Shown here one piece after another: positions 26,878 to 37,455 of a stretch of 63,385 bases of DNA. The position numbers and the translations under genes are program-made. The DNA is from Clostridiales bacterium UBA7001 (GTDB lineage Bacteria > Bacillota > Clostridia > TANB77 > CAG-508): assembly GCA_002449785.1 (NCBI GenBank), contig DJXP01000035.1:1-63385 (forward strand), read 5' to 3'. A model generated the notes under the pieces. The model was not told the origin of the DNA and did not search any database. It saw only the letters and a program-made list of their open reading frames with translations. Position 1 is the first letter of the stretch. The number at the start of each line of letters is the position of its first letter.

Positions 26878-28149
26878 ATTCTCATTTAATTTTTTATTTA
26901 ATAGTCTTGGTATAAATTTAAATATTTTCAAGAATGAAATTTTAATTTTCTTTTTTACAATATATAAAGGACTTAAGTTTCTTGGACTTACTATGAGTGC
27001 AGTTTCATTATTAGTTTGTTCATTATCAGAAGAAGTATTTTGAATAACTTCTTCTATAAGAGATTGTTCTTCATTTTCTTCAAAGGTATTACTTTGAATT
27101 TGATTATCTTCTATTTCTACTGTAGTTTTTTCTTGTGATAATGATTCATTTTCAGTTGATGTAGCATCATTAGATGATGTCTCGAAAAAACTATCTAAAT
27201 CTTGAAGAGCTTGTATTTGTTTGAACTTAGAAATTGTTCTATCTAATTCGCTATATTCTGAATTTGTACTATTATCTGTAGTAGTTTGAGTATTATTAGT
27301 TATAATTGAACTAGAACTATTAATGGTATTATTAATATTATTATATAAATCGTTTAAATAATTAGTTATAACATCATCTACATGTTTATCGTTCTCATTG
27401 TATTCATTATTAGTATTATCTTCAAATATTTCTAAAACATCAGTATTAGTAGTTTTTTTATAATCTTCCAAATTTTCTTCTACAAAGTTTTCAGAAGTAA
27501 CAATTGGTGATAATATTTCATCTATTAATGCATCCATGTTAAAATTAGTATTATCAGAAGTTTCATTTTCTTGAGTTTCAATTGAAGTTTCTGTATCAAT
27601 TTCAGTTGTTGATTCGCTATTATTATTTTCAATATCAATAATTACTTCATTATCAGTGCTTTCATTAACTATATTTTGAACATCTATATTGGTATTATCA
27701 TTTGTAATTTCTGTTGTTTGATTTTCAGATACTATTTCTTCATTTTTTGTGTCAATATTATTATTACTAAAAATATTATCTATAAGATTACCTAGTAAAT
27801 CTTCATTAATTATAAAATTTTCTTCATAATTATTATTATCTATAATTTGAGCTGAATAATTAGAACAATTATTATTATCCCATTCATTATATTGATTTTT
27901 AAAACAAAAATTAAATTTATCATAATCTAATAATTTTATTTTTGCAGCAAAACCCTTTGAATTTTTTTCCATTTCTTTTTCTAGTGTATGTTCCCAATTA
28001 TTTCCAAATCCGTAAACAATATGAACTGACTCAGAATTTTGTTTATACAAATTTCCTGAGTACACAATATAAACTTCACCATTTTTTATTAAATCATTAC
28101 TAAATTTAATATCATCTGAAAAATCCATATTTTTAATGCTCCTAAACAT
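26875..28149 (-). CDS. protein with N-terminal CBM25/CBM53-like carbohydrate-binding module and a long Asn/Glu/Thr-rich disordered region
   Basis: The N-terminal ~100 aa (VYIVYSG...VHIVYGFGNNWE...FCFKNQYNEWDNNNCSNY) follows the starch-binding CBM25/53 pattern. The remainder is low complexity. Confidence 0.55.
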   Translation of the reverse strand: MFRSIKNMDFSDDIKFSNDLIKNGEVYIVYSGNLYKQNSESVHIVYGFGNNWEHTLEKEMEKNSKGFAAKIKLLDYDKFNFCFKNQYNEWDNNNCSNYSAQIIDNNNYEENFIINEDLLGNLIDNIFSNNNIDTKNEEIVSENQTTEITNDNTNIDVQNIVNESTDNEVIIDIENNNSESTTEIDTETSIETQENETSDNTNFNMDALIDEILSPIVTSENFVEENLEDYKKTTNTDVLEIFEDNTNNEYNENDKHVDDVITNYLNDLYNNINNTINSSSSIITNNTQTTTDNSTNSEYSELDRTISKFKQIQALQDLDSFFETSSNDATSTENESLSQEKTTVEIEDNQIQSNTFEENEEQSLIEEVIQNTSSDNEQTNNETALIVSPRNLSPLYIVKKKIKISFLKIFKFIPRLLNKKLNEN

Positions 28150-28352
28150 ATTATTGTAATAATTATAATAATAAAGAAAAAGTTTTGCAAGATGTTATAC
28201 GCAAAAATATTGTTACATTTTTGTAACAAAAGTGAAAAAGAAGTTATAGAAAAGTAATAGAAGACATGTATATACGATTACTGGCATTCTTGGAATATTT
28301 TTTCTTAATAATGCAAATAATATTTGTATAAAAATAAAAAAGGAGGAGTAAT

Positions 28353-29006
28353 ATGAAATTAAAAAAAATTTTTTTAGTTATTTTTATTATAATTTTTTTT
28401 ATTTCATTTTGTTCGATTGTTTTTTCACTTTCTAAATATGGTTCAAGTGGAGAAGAAGTAAAAAAAATTCAGCAAAAACTTAAAGCTTGGGGATATTATA
28501 ATGGAAATATAGATGGTATTTTTGGTTCTAAAACATTAGAAGCAGTAAAATCATTTCAAAGAAAAAACGGATTAACAGCTGATGGAATTGTAGGTTCAAA
28601 TACATTGTCTGCACTAGGAATAAATTCTAGTAGTAATACTGGAAAAAGTAGTAATAACACAGATTTGAATTTACTTAGTAAATTAGTATATGCTGAGTCA
28701 AGAGGAGAACCATATAAGGGGATGGTTGCTGTTGCAGCAACAGTATTAAATAGAGTTTCTAGTTCTAAATTTCCAAATACAATTGCTGGAGTTATTTATC
28801 AATCAGGAGCATATACATGCGTATCTGATGGACAGATTAATATGACGGCAAATGAGCAATCTAGAAAAGCAGCACAAGATGCTATAAATGGATGGGATCC
28901 AACATATGGCTCAATATATTATTTTAATCCAAAAACAGCTACTTCTAGCTGGATATGGAGCAGGCCTCAAGTAATAACTATAGGTAGTCATATTTTTTGT
29001 AAGTAA
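28353..29006 (+). CDS. sleB: spore cortex-lytic enzyme SleB-like (PG-binding domain plus SleB/CwlJ hydrolase domain)
   Basis: Signal peptide, PG_binding_1 repeat (GSSGEEVKKIQQKLKAWGYY..DGIFGSKT), hydrolase block LLSKLVYAESRGEPYKGMVAVAATVLNR. Confidence 0.85.
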   Translation: MKLKKIFLVIFIIIFFISFCSIVFSLSKYGSSGEEVKKIQQKLKAWGYYNGNIDGIFGSKTLEAVKSFQRKNGLTADGIVGSNTLSALGINSSSNTGKSSNNTDLNLLSKLVYAESRGEPYKGMVAVAATVLNRVSSSKFPNTIAGVIYQSGAYTCVSDGQINMTANEQSRKAAQDAINGWDPTYGSIYYFNPKTATSSWIWSRPQVITIGSHIFCK

Positions 29007-29060
29007 TTGACAAAAAACTGATAAATTGGTAATATTATATGTGGAAAGATGGAGGAATAT

Positions 29061-29552
29061 ATGATTTTTTATCCCAAATTTTATTGCCAAAAAGTTACTG
29101 ATATAAGCGTAGAGTATTTAAGGAAAAATAATATAAAGGCTATTATTCTAGATGTTGATAATACTTTATTAGATTTTGACTTAAATATAATATCTGGTTT
29201 AGAAGAATGGTATAATGAAATAAAAATTAATAATATAAAATGTATAATACTATCTAATAGTAATAAAGAAAAAAAAATAAAGATGGTTGCAGATTTACTT
29301 AATATTCCGTTTATTAAATTTGCGACCAAACCTTTAAAAAGAGGCTTTAAGAAAGCTCAAAAAATTCTTGGAGAAAAAAGCCAAAATATTGCTGTTGTTG
29401 GTGATCAAATTTTTACTGATGTTATTGGAGCAAATCGTTCAAAAATGTTTTCTATTTTAGTAAAGCCTGTAGCTAGTAAAGATTTATGGATGACTAGGTT
29501 TAAAAGACCTCTAGAAAATTTAATTATAAAAAAATATTTAAAGAGTAGGTAA
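29061..29552 (+). CDS. yqeG: YqeG family HAD-IIIA phosphatase
   Basis: AIILDVDNTLL, ILSNSNKE and VGDQIFTDV motifs. ATG at 29061 follows SD ggagg. Confidence 0.8.
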   Translation: MIFYPKFYCQKVTDISVEYLRKNNIKAIILDVDNTLLDFDLNIISGLEEWYNEIKINNIKCIILSNSNKEKKIKMVADLLNIPFIKFATKPLKRGFKKAQKILGEKSQNIAVVGDQIFTDVIGANRSKMFSILVKPVASKDLWMTRFKRPLENLIIKKYLKSR

Positions 29553-29557
29553 AATTT

Positions 29558-30325
29558 ATGTATTTTAATGATATACATATACTATATTATGTAGTAATCG
29601 GTTTTATAGGGCTTGCTGTAGGTAAGATTGTTGCATGGTGTAATATTAGGCTTCCAGAAAAAAAGAAAATAATAAGTATTGATTTTTTTGAAGAAAACAA
29701 AAAGGGCTTTTCAGGAAATTACATTTTTATGATTCTTGTTGCTATATCGTACATATTACTTTTATATAGATATGGATGGCAAAGTGGAAGTATAATTCAA
29801 AATTTAGATTTAATTAAGTTTATATTTTTATTTCCGATGTTATTTTTAACTATTTCAATAGATGCCAAACATAGAATTATTCCAAATCGTTTATGTTTAA
29901 CTATATTAGAAGTAGGACTAATAATTGCTTTTCTTTATGGTATAACTAATATTAATTTAGTAAAAGATTATATATTAGGAATGTTTTTAGGTGCAGCTAT
30001 TTTTTTACTAATAATGCTAGTTGGTTGGATTATTTCTGGAAAAGAAGCAATGGGACTTGGTGATGTGAAATTTATGGGAGCAATAGGTTTATTTTATGGA
30101 ATATCTTCTATTGTTGAAATTTCATTATTATCTTTTTTTATAGCAGCAATTTTTTCAGTAGTAATCTTAATAATTCGTTTTTTAGTTTTTAAGGTTAAGG
30201 ATGAGTATATAGCATTTGGTCCGTTTTTAGCTATTTCTGCTATAATATGTTCATTCTTAGTTCCAGGAACTGTTCTTAGAGTCTTTTTGGATGTTTGTAA
30301 ATGGATTAGTAATTTAATATTATAA
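29558..30325 (+). CDS. prepilin (type IV leader) peptidase, A24 family
   Basis: Polytopic membrane protein with GLGDVKFMGAIGLF and the IPNR motif. Confidence 0.8.
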   Translation: MYFNDIHILYYVVIGFIGLAVGKIVAWCNIRLPEKKKIISIDFFEENKKGFSGNYIFMILVAISYILLLYRYGWQSGSIIQNLDLIKFIFLFPMLFLTISIDAKHRIIPNRLCLTILEVGLIIAFLYGITNINLVKDYILGMFLGAAIFLLIMLVGWIISGKEAMGLGDVKFMGAIGLFYGISSIVEISLLSFFIAAIFSVVILIIRFLVFKVKDEYIAFGPFLAISAIICSFLVPGTVLRVFLDVCKWISNLIL

Positions 30326-30355
30326 TAATTTTTGTTTATGAGGAGAAATAAATTT

Positions 30356-31423
30356 ATGAATGTAAGAATAAAATGGCTGAGAAATCAATTTAATTCTTTA
30401 AATATTGATGGTATGATAGTTTCAAATCCAGTAAATGTTAGATATCTTACAGGGTTATCAGAAGAGGGATTTCTGATTTTGGCACCAAAAGAAAATATTT
30501 TTGTAACAGATAGTAGATATATAGAAAGTGTTAATAGAAAATTAACAATAGATGATGAAATAATAGCTTATAATGTTAAGGATTTGAGTAAATATGATTA
30601 TGAAGCTATTTTTATGACAAATGAAAATGTTGGATTTGAAGAAAACTATGTTACATATGAGAAATATAAAAATTTATTACAAACATACCAAGTAAATTTT
30701 GTTGAAACAGAAAATTTAATAGAAAATCAAAGAATTGTAAAAGATGAAGAAGAAATACAAAATATTAGAAAAGCATGTGAGATTACTGATAACGCTTTTA
30801 ACTATATTATAAATAATATTAGTGAAGGCATGACAGAAAAAGAAGTAGCTTTTGAAATTGAAAAGCATATGTTATTAAATGGAGCAGATGGGATAGCATT
30901 TGATTTTATTGTTGCTTTTGGTGAAAACACATCAATGCCACATTATGTTCCTTCTGATAGAAAAGTAAAAAAAGGTGATATTATTCAATTTGATATTGGA
31001 TGTAAGTATAATGGTTATTGTTCAGATTTTTCTAGAGTCGTATTTGTAGAAGAAATGTATGACAAATATAAAGAAGTATATGATTTTGTATTAGAAGAGC
31101 AAAAGAAAACAAGTTCAGCATTAAAGTTAGGGGCAAATGTAAAAACAGTTATTAAAGATAGGGAAACTGATTTTAAACTAAAAAATTACGATGTTTTACA
31201 TGCTTTTGGACATGGTGTAGGATTAGATATTCATGAAACACCAGTTTTACGTTCTAATAAAGATTATATACTTAAAGAAAATACAGTGATTGCAATTGAG
31301 CCAGGTGTATACTTTTCTGGTAAATTTGGTATAAGAATAGAAGATACATTTTTAGTTACAAGAAATGAAGCTATTAGTTTAACTAAAAGCTCTAAAGATT
31401 ATACTATAATAAAATTAAAATAA
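30356..31423 (+). CDS. pepP: Xaa-Pro aminopeptidase/dipeptidase (M24B)
   Basis: DFSRV, HGVGLDIHE, EPGVY and IRIED are the metal-ligand blocks. ATG at 30356 follows SD aggag. Confidence 0.88.
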   Translation: MNVRIKWLRNQFNSLNIDGMIVSNPVNVRYLTGLSEEGFLILAPKENIFVTDSRYIESVNRKLTIDDEIIAYNVKDLSKYDYEAIFMTNENVGFEENYVTYEKYKNLLQTYQVNFVETENLIENQRIVKDEEEIQNIRKACEITDNAFNYIINNISEGMTEKEVAFEIEKHMLLNGADGIAFDFIVAFGENTSMPHYVPSDRKVKKGDIIQFDIGCKYNGYCSDFSRVVFVEEMYDKYKEVYDFVLEEQKKTSSALKLGANVKTVIKDRETDFKLKNYDVLHAFGHGVGLDIHETPVLRSNKDYILKENTVIAIEPGVYFSGKFGIRIEDTFLVTRNEAISLTKSSKDYTIIKLK

Positions 31424-31436
31424 TAGGATGAGTAAA

Positions 31437-33224
31437 ATGAAGTCTGAAAATAACAATAAATTAGAAATTAGTTTGTCTATGCTTTTTCTTTTATTAATAT
31501 GTTTTATAACCATTATAAATGATATTATAATTTATTTTACAAGAATAAATTATAACATTTCTTTATTGATTTCATTATTAATGGTGATATTTTTATATAT
31601 TGCAAATAAAAAAAAAATAAAAATTACAAATAATTTTAATAAGCTTGATATTATACCAATTATTTTCTATACAGTATTATTTCTTGTTATTGTACAGTAT
31701 AAAGACGATTTTTTAGATACAATTACTTATCATTTATATAATCAGCGTAATCCTTTTATAGATAAGATTAATTTTGATTTTTTACCATTATCTACATATT
31801 TTTTTCCTTTAGCTGAAAGAATGAACTTTATTTTTGTAAATTTTTTAGGGTATAGATATGGGACATTCTTATCATTATATATAATATTTGTTTTGTATTA
31901 TCAAGTAAAAAGGATTTTTGGTTTTATTATTCCAAATATAAATAATAAAAGACTTTGCATATATAGTTCTTTGGTAATATTTTCTTTGACCTCCAATTTA
32001 CTAATGGGGAAATTTTTTATTGATAATTTCTCAATTGTATTTTTATTAGAAATAATTTTGATATTTTTTAAAAATAATAATATTTTTGAAGATAAAAAGT
32101 ATTTATACTATATGGCTATATTATCAGGTATTTCAATTGGCATTAAGCTTTCAAACCTGATTTTAGTATTTGTTATTAATATTTTTATTGTTGGAAATTG
32201 TATTTTTACATATGGAGGAAAACAGCTAAAGAAAGTTAAGGTATATGACTATGTGTTTTTACTTATAGTATTTTTGTTTCCTTCATTTATATATATGTAT
32301 AATAATTTTATACAAACAAAAAATCCAATATTTCCATTTTATAATTATATTTTTAAATCAATTTATTTTAACAAAATATCTGGAACAGATCCGAGACTTG
32401 GAAGTAATAATTTAATAGAAACAATACTATGGCCATTATTTATATGTGTTTTTCCACTAAGAGGAGATGACATTTTTGGAATAGAAGATATAATATGGGG
32501 TGTAGGTTTTATTGCTTCTATTGGTATGCTTTTTTCTAATAAGAATAAAATACCTTTTAAATTTGCATTATTAAATATTGTTTTAACTTATTCTTGGGTT
32601 GTTTTTATTTTTGGATATACTAGATATGGTATGGTTATTGCAATTTTATACTATATTCTTACATTATATATGTTGGATATGCTAATTGAAGATGTTAAGA
32701 AAAAAATAAAAGATAATAAGATTAGTGTTAAAACGGTAATAAAGACTATACTTATGTATATAATTGGAATTTGCATAATTATTTCTATGTGTCAATCAAT
32801 AGCTTATAATATAGTAAGAATATATAGAATGATTATTAGTAAAAATGATATCAGTAATAAAACTAAAATTGTTGAAAAATATGATATTGATGGAGCATGG
32901 GTCTGCACAAAATATAATACATCATATATAGATTTAATAAGATGTAATGAAGATCCAATGTATAGTATGGATATTATATTAGATGAAGATCCAATGTGCC
33001 ATGTAAATTATGGGTTCTCTGATTATTCAAAAAAACAATTTTTAAATAAAATAAACAATAAAGAATTATATACAATAATTCCTTATAATTATGAAGAATA
33101 TGTTCTTGAAGTATTAGATAGATTAAACTTTAAAATTATAGATGAACTTGGAGTTTTTTCAAACGATTATTTTTTAAATGAATATAATACATTACGAATT
33201 GTTAAAATTGAGTATAATCCATAA
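31437..33224 (+). CDS. large polytopic membrane protein, unknown function (shape resembles GT-C/ArnT-like glycosyltransferases)
   Basis: About 12-14 hydrophobic helices followed by a soluble C-terminal domain. Function is inferred from topology only. Confidence 0.5.
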   Translation: MKSENNNKLEISLSMLFLLLICFITIINDIIIYFTRINYNISLLISLLMVIFLYIANKKKIKITNNFNKLDIIPIIFYTVLFLVIVQYKDDFLDTITYHLYNQRNPFIDKINFDFLPLSTYFFPLAERMNFIFVNFLGYRYGTFLSLYIIFVLYYQVKRIFGFIIPNINNKRLCIYSSLVIFSLTSNLLMGKFFIDNFSIVFLLEIILIFFKNNNIFEDKKYLYYMAILSGISIGIKLSNLILVFVINIFIVGNCIFTYGGKQLKKVKVYDYVFLLIVFLFPSFIYMYNNFIQTKNPIFPFYNYIFKSIYFNKISGTDPRLGSNNLIETILWPLFICVFPLRGDDIFGIEDIIWGVGFIASIGMLFSNKNKIPFKFALLNIVLTYSWVVFIFGYTRYGMVIAILYYILTLYMLDMLIEDVKKKIKDNKISVKTVIKTILMYIIGICIIISMCQSIAYNIVRIYRMIISKNDISNKTKIVEKYDIDGAWVCTKYNTSYIDLIRCNEDPMYSMDIILDEDPMCHVNYGFSDYSKKQFLNKINNKELYTIIPYNYEEYVLEVLDRLNFKIIDELGVFSNDYFLNEYNTLRIVKIEYNP

Positions 33225-33260
33225 TTTATATTTGGGTATTAGTATTATTAGGGAGAAAGA

Positions 33261-34502
33261 ATGAATAATTTAAAAGAATATAAAAATGTAAAAAAAACAA
33301 TTTTTTCTAACTTACCATTTGTCGTTTTATTTATTAGTTTTGCATTACTTCTTAATATCAATTTTTTTAGATTTAGCGATGATATTAAGTTTTTTAAAGT
33401 TCCAGTTAACATTGAACTAGGAAATTATCTTATAGAAAGATATCAGACTTGGTCTAGTAGATTATTAATTGATTTTTTAACAGTCATATTGGTTAAGGTG
33501 CCAAAACAATGTATTATTTTTATTTTATCATTAGTATATACTTTAATATCTTATAATATATCTAATTTAACAAATTATGATAGGAAAATAGTGAAAAATA
33601 TTGTTATTTGCTCATTAATGTTATTTTTTCCATTTTGGATTGAAAGAAGTGCTGGAATTATATCAACAAATGTAAATTATGTTTTCCCGGTATTGTTTTC
33701 ATTAATTTGTTTGAATTATTTTATAAAATTAGAAAAAAATGATATAAAGAATAAAAGATTTTTTATTTATATTCTTCCTTTTTTAATTGCAACTGATTCA
33801 GAACAAATAACATTAGTTGCTTTTATTGGTTTTATTACTTATTTTATATATTGCAAATATAGTAAAAAGAGTCCAAGTAGGTATTTGCTAATGTATTTTT
33901 GTTTATTAATAGCAAAGATTTTCTTTATTGTTTTATGTCCTGGAAATAAGTTAAGATATGGTAAAGAAATTATTGATTGGTATAAAGAATATAATAATTT
34001 TAATTTTATTTATAAAATTTATATAGGCATAACATATTCAACTGGAGTATTATTTGCAAATCCATACATAATTGTATTATTTTCTATTTCAATATTCATA
34101 TTAACACTTTTTAAAAGTAAAAAGAAATTGTTTTTTTTAATTGCATTGATTTCTTTTGTGTTAAATCTTTTGTTGAGTCTTAATTGCTTTAATATAGGTG
34201 ATTATTTTTGGACCAAAGAACCCAATTATAATTTTATAATTATTATTCCTATTTTATTGTTTATTGTTAATTTTTTATTATTAGTGATAAATTTCGAAAA
34301 AAATTGGCTAATATTTGTATCAATATATGTTTTAGGATTTTTAAGTCATTTGCTAATTGCATTTTCACCAACAATATATGCTTCATCTTTTAGAACTGGA
34401 ACAATTTTATATTTCTCATTTATTATATTAAATTATTTTTGTATATTAAAAATATTTAATATTTTAGAAGATAGTTCTTTAATTAGTACAAGGGGCGAAT
34501 AG
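33261..34502 (+). CDS. polytopic membrane protein, unknown function
   Basis: About 10 hydrophobic helices and SD gggag. Confidence 0.5.
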   Translation: MNNLKEYKNVKKTIFSNLPFVVLFISFALLLNINFFRFSDDIKFFKVPVNIELGNYLIERYQTWSSRLLIDFLTVILVKVPKQCIIFILSLVYTLISYNISNLTNYDRKIVKNIVICSLMLFFPFWIERSAGIISTNVNYVFPVLFSLICLNYFIKLEKNDIKNKRFFIYILPFLIATDSEQITLVAFIGFITYFIYCKYSKKSPSRYLLMYFCLLIAKIFFIVLCPGNKLRYGKEIIDWYKEYNNFNFIYKIYIGITYSTGVLFANPYIIVLFSISIFILTLFKSKKKLFFLIALISFVLNLLLSLNCFNIGDYFWTKEPNYNFIIIIPILLFIVNFLLLVINFEKNWLIFVSIYVLGFLSHLLIAFSPTIYASSFRTGTILYFSFIILNYFCILKIFNILEDSSLISTRGE

Positions 34503-34572
34503 TGGATGTGAATTTTAAAACAGGTGGATTAATTTAATAGAAAGATTTTATGAAAAAGAGAAGAGAAAGTGT

Positions 34573-35520
34573 ATGGATGACAATATTAAAATATTAAAAA
34601 GAATAGTTCTTACCATAATAATTGTTCCATTTATTGTTGTAATTTTATGGTATATATGGCTTATGTACGAAGGAAGTAAATCAGATAAGTATTCTAATTT
34701 TACTGATGATATAAGATTAGAACTTATGGATGCAGTCGATATTAAAGAAAGTAATACTTTTAAACCAATTTATTTGGATTTGGTATGTTCAAGTCCAGAA
34801 TATTATAATTGTTATGAATTTAAATTTGAGATATCAAAAGAAGAATATGAAAAAAATAATTTATCATATGGTTCAGAAGATTTTTTTGAAACATTATCTT
34901 ATGGATTACATAGAGAAGAAAAAGATGATGATACGTATATATGTATTGTAAAGGTTACTGTAAATTTTCACAAAGAAATATTTGACAAGTTAGAAAAAAT
35001 CTATAATGAAACGCATGATATAAAATCAGAAGATACTATTCCTTATGGTACAATTGCAGAAAGTACTAGTTCTAATATTATTGAAAATATTCAAACTACT
35101 GAAGAAATAGTTAACGCACCAAGTATAAGTGAAGAATGGTGGCAAGAATATGATTTAGCAATAGATAATTTGGATTCAAAATACTTTGTAACTGATTTTG
35201 AAACATATAAATCAAATGATAAAAGTAAAAACTTAACTAATAATCAAATATCAGAAATTGCTCAGAAAGGTTTTGAAGAAAGTGCTAAAAGAATAGCAGG
35301 AGAAGGAGCATCTAATAAAGAAACAGAAAGAATAGAATTAGAAGAAATAATTCCTAATAATTATTTTACTAGAAAATATCGTGAAAGTGATACAAATTAT
35401 CAAGAATTAAGGATGAAGGCTTATGTTGTAACTAGAGAAAATGAAATTGGGTGTGGAATAAAAATATATATAGATCCAACTACAGCTCTAATTGTTGGTG
35501 GAGAAGCATTTGGAGATTAA
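34573..35520 (+). CDS. membrane-anchored protein of unknown function
   Basis: N-terminal TM helix and an acidic extracytoplasmic region. Confidence 0.55.
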   Translation: MDDNIKILKRIVLTIIIVPFIVVILWYIWLMYEGSKSDKYSNFTDDIRLELMDAVDIKESNTFKPIYLDLVCSSPEYYNCYEFKFEISKEEYEKNNLSYGSEDFFETLSYGLHREEKDDDTYICIVKVTVNFHKEIFDKLEKIYNETHDIKSEDTIPYGTIAESTSSNIIENIQTTEEIVNAPSISEEWWQEYDLAIDNLDSKYFVTDFETYKSNDKSKNLTNNQISEIAQKGFEESAKRIAGEGASNKETERIELEEIIPNNYFTRKYRESDTNYQELRMKAYVVTRENEIGCGIKIYIDPTTALIVGGEAFGD

Positions 35521-35547
35521 AGAATTTAATGATATTATGTGTAAATA

Positions 35548-35584
35548 AAAAGACAGATAGATTTGAACTATCTGTCTTTTGTGT
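35548..35584 (+). terminator. Rho-independent terminator
   Basis: aaagacagatag-atttgaa-ctatctgtcttt hairpin followed by T's. Confidence 0.8.
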
Positions 35585-35617
35585 ATTAAAATTACATTAT
35601 TATAAAAAATAGGCCTT

Positions 35618-35830
35618 TGTAAGTCGCTAGTGTGTAGCACTTACAGAATTTGTTATTTTGGCAGGGGTATCGTTCTTTTTACTTTGCATTTGTTGTTCTT
35701 CGTGCCACTTTAGCTAAGTAGTTCTCCACTTCATGCCATTTTAAATTTCTGCCTATTTTACTTCATATCACTTCGTATTTCTAACTTTTTCTTTCGTGTT
35801 GCATTACTTAATGCAGTATAACCAAATGAT
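35618..35830. repeat. repeat module A: hairpin, 11-nt copy of the tRNA-Trp 3' end (35659-35669), ~150-nt conserved arm
   Basis: Aligns with module B throughout (tgtaag..cttaca hairpin, ttggcaggggta, ttgttcttcgtgc, ttcacttcatat, gcattactt..tgca, accaaatga). Confidence 0.8.
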
Positions 35831-35982
35831 AGATTTTATAATAATTGTAATACATAATGCAATTTTACCAAATTTAACCATAATAAAAATACATTTTTAT
35901 TATGACTATTGAAATTTACACTTTTATATGATATGAAATTAGTATAGTATATTTTAATAATATTTAAAGGAGGTTTTTTTAT

Positions 35983-37068
35983 ATGAAAAAAAGTGGAATT
36001 ATTATAGCAGTTCTTTTAGTTATAATAATAGCATTAATAGCTTATATTATTAAAGTGGGAAATACTTTATATGAAAAAGAAATAACGGAAAATAGAGGAA
36101 TATTAGTTCTTGATGACGTAAATATTGAAGAAGATGGAAAATTAGAAAATGTTATTTTAAAAGTTAAGAACATATCTTCAGAGGTAATTAACAATAAGAA
36201 ACCAGTTTTAATTTATTATGACAATAACAATATGCCTATCCATGAAGCATGGGGAGCTAGAGTTGGATATTTTGCACCAGGCGAAGAACGTTGCATTGAG
36301 TTTTATGATGTAATTAGTGAGTATGCAAAAGTAGAAGTTGGATTTTTTGAATCAGAAGATAAAGTAACATATACAGATTTGAGAGATAAGGTTATATATA
36401 ATGTAGAAAAAGCAACTGAATCAGATGAAAATGGTGAGATTAGACTTGCTTTTAAAGGCGAAAACAAGCATGATAAAAATGTAGCAGCTACTTTTGAAAT
36501 TAATTATTATTCAGATAACAAACTAATTTATTCTGATGATTTTATTGAAGTTTTAGATGGAAATTCAAATTTTGATACTTATGAATACTATGCAACAAAA
36601 TTTGATAATGGAAATGCTTTTCCAGTAGGGTATACATATGAAACAAAATTAGTTGAAGCTGTTGAGATTAAAGATGATTCAAGTGAAGAAGAAATCACAA
36701 CTATTGATTTAAACGATCCAAATTTATCTGTAGAAGATAGAATAGAAAGTGCTGTATATAAATTATTGAAAAATAATTTTGGAGATGATATGGCTTCTGC
36801 TAAGATAGTAGTGGATAAAACATATACAGATGAACAAGCAAAAAAAGTTGAAGGAGTCAAAGATTTAGATTTAGGTAAAAATGATGTTGCATTTGAAGTT
36901 TCAATAGAAATTGAGCCTGCTGAAGGAGCAAAAGTAATGCAATTTCTTATTCCAGATGGAGAATATGATGAAGAATCAGGATGGGTACATAATATAGGTA
37001 GACTTGGAGTTCTTAGATTAAATGAAGATGGAAAATATGAAATAACAGATTATGGTACTGGATGGTAA
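35983..37068 (+). CDS. membrane-anchored protein of unknown function (cassette 1)
   Basis: SD aggagg, N-terminal TM helix, 361 aa. Confidence 0.6.
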   Translation: MKKSGIIIAVLLVIIIALIAYIIKVGNTLYEKEITENRGILVLDDVNIEEDGKLENVILKVKNISSEVINNKKPVLIYYDNNNMPIHEAWGARVGYFAPGEERCIEFYDVISEYAKVEVGFFESEDKVTYTDLRDKVIYNVEKATESDENGEIRLAFKGENKHDKNVAATFEINYYSDNKLIYSDDFIEVLDGNSNFDTYEYYATKFDNGNAFPVGYTYETKLVEAVEIKDDSSEEEITTIDLNDPNLSVEDRIESAVYKLLKNNFGDDMASAKIVVDKTYTDEQAKKVEGVKDLDLGKNDVAFEVSIEIEPAEGAKVMQFLIPDGEYDEESGWVHNIGRLGVLRLNEDGKYEITDYGTGW

Positions 37069-37455
37069 AAAATCAAAGAGTAAGAAATGTTAATTGAAAA
37101 GGTTGATTAGAATTATCATATATAGAAGAGAAGTTTAATGAGATTAGAAAAATTTTAGAAAAAAATGTTTTTACAATAAGATTAAAAAATTTTTAAATGT
37201 AATTATATTTGAATTGCATTAATATTTGCATTATTATTTTTTTTGAAAAGAAGAGGCTTTACATTGGGATTTTATTGGGTTCGAATCCGGCATAAAAGGA
37301 AGGATTTGAACCCTTTTTGTAAAAACATCGAAATTAGCAAACATAGTAATATAAATAGGTACAGAGCTTTTTTAAAAATGAAAAATATTAGAAAAAATGG
37401 AAAAACGAAAAAATGAAAGACATGCAATCCTTGATAATAAAGGACTACATGTCAC

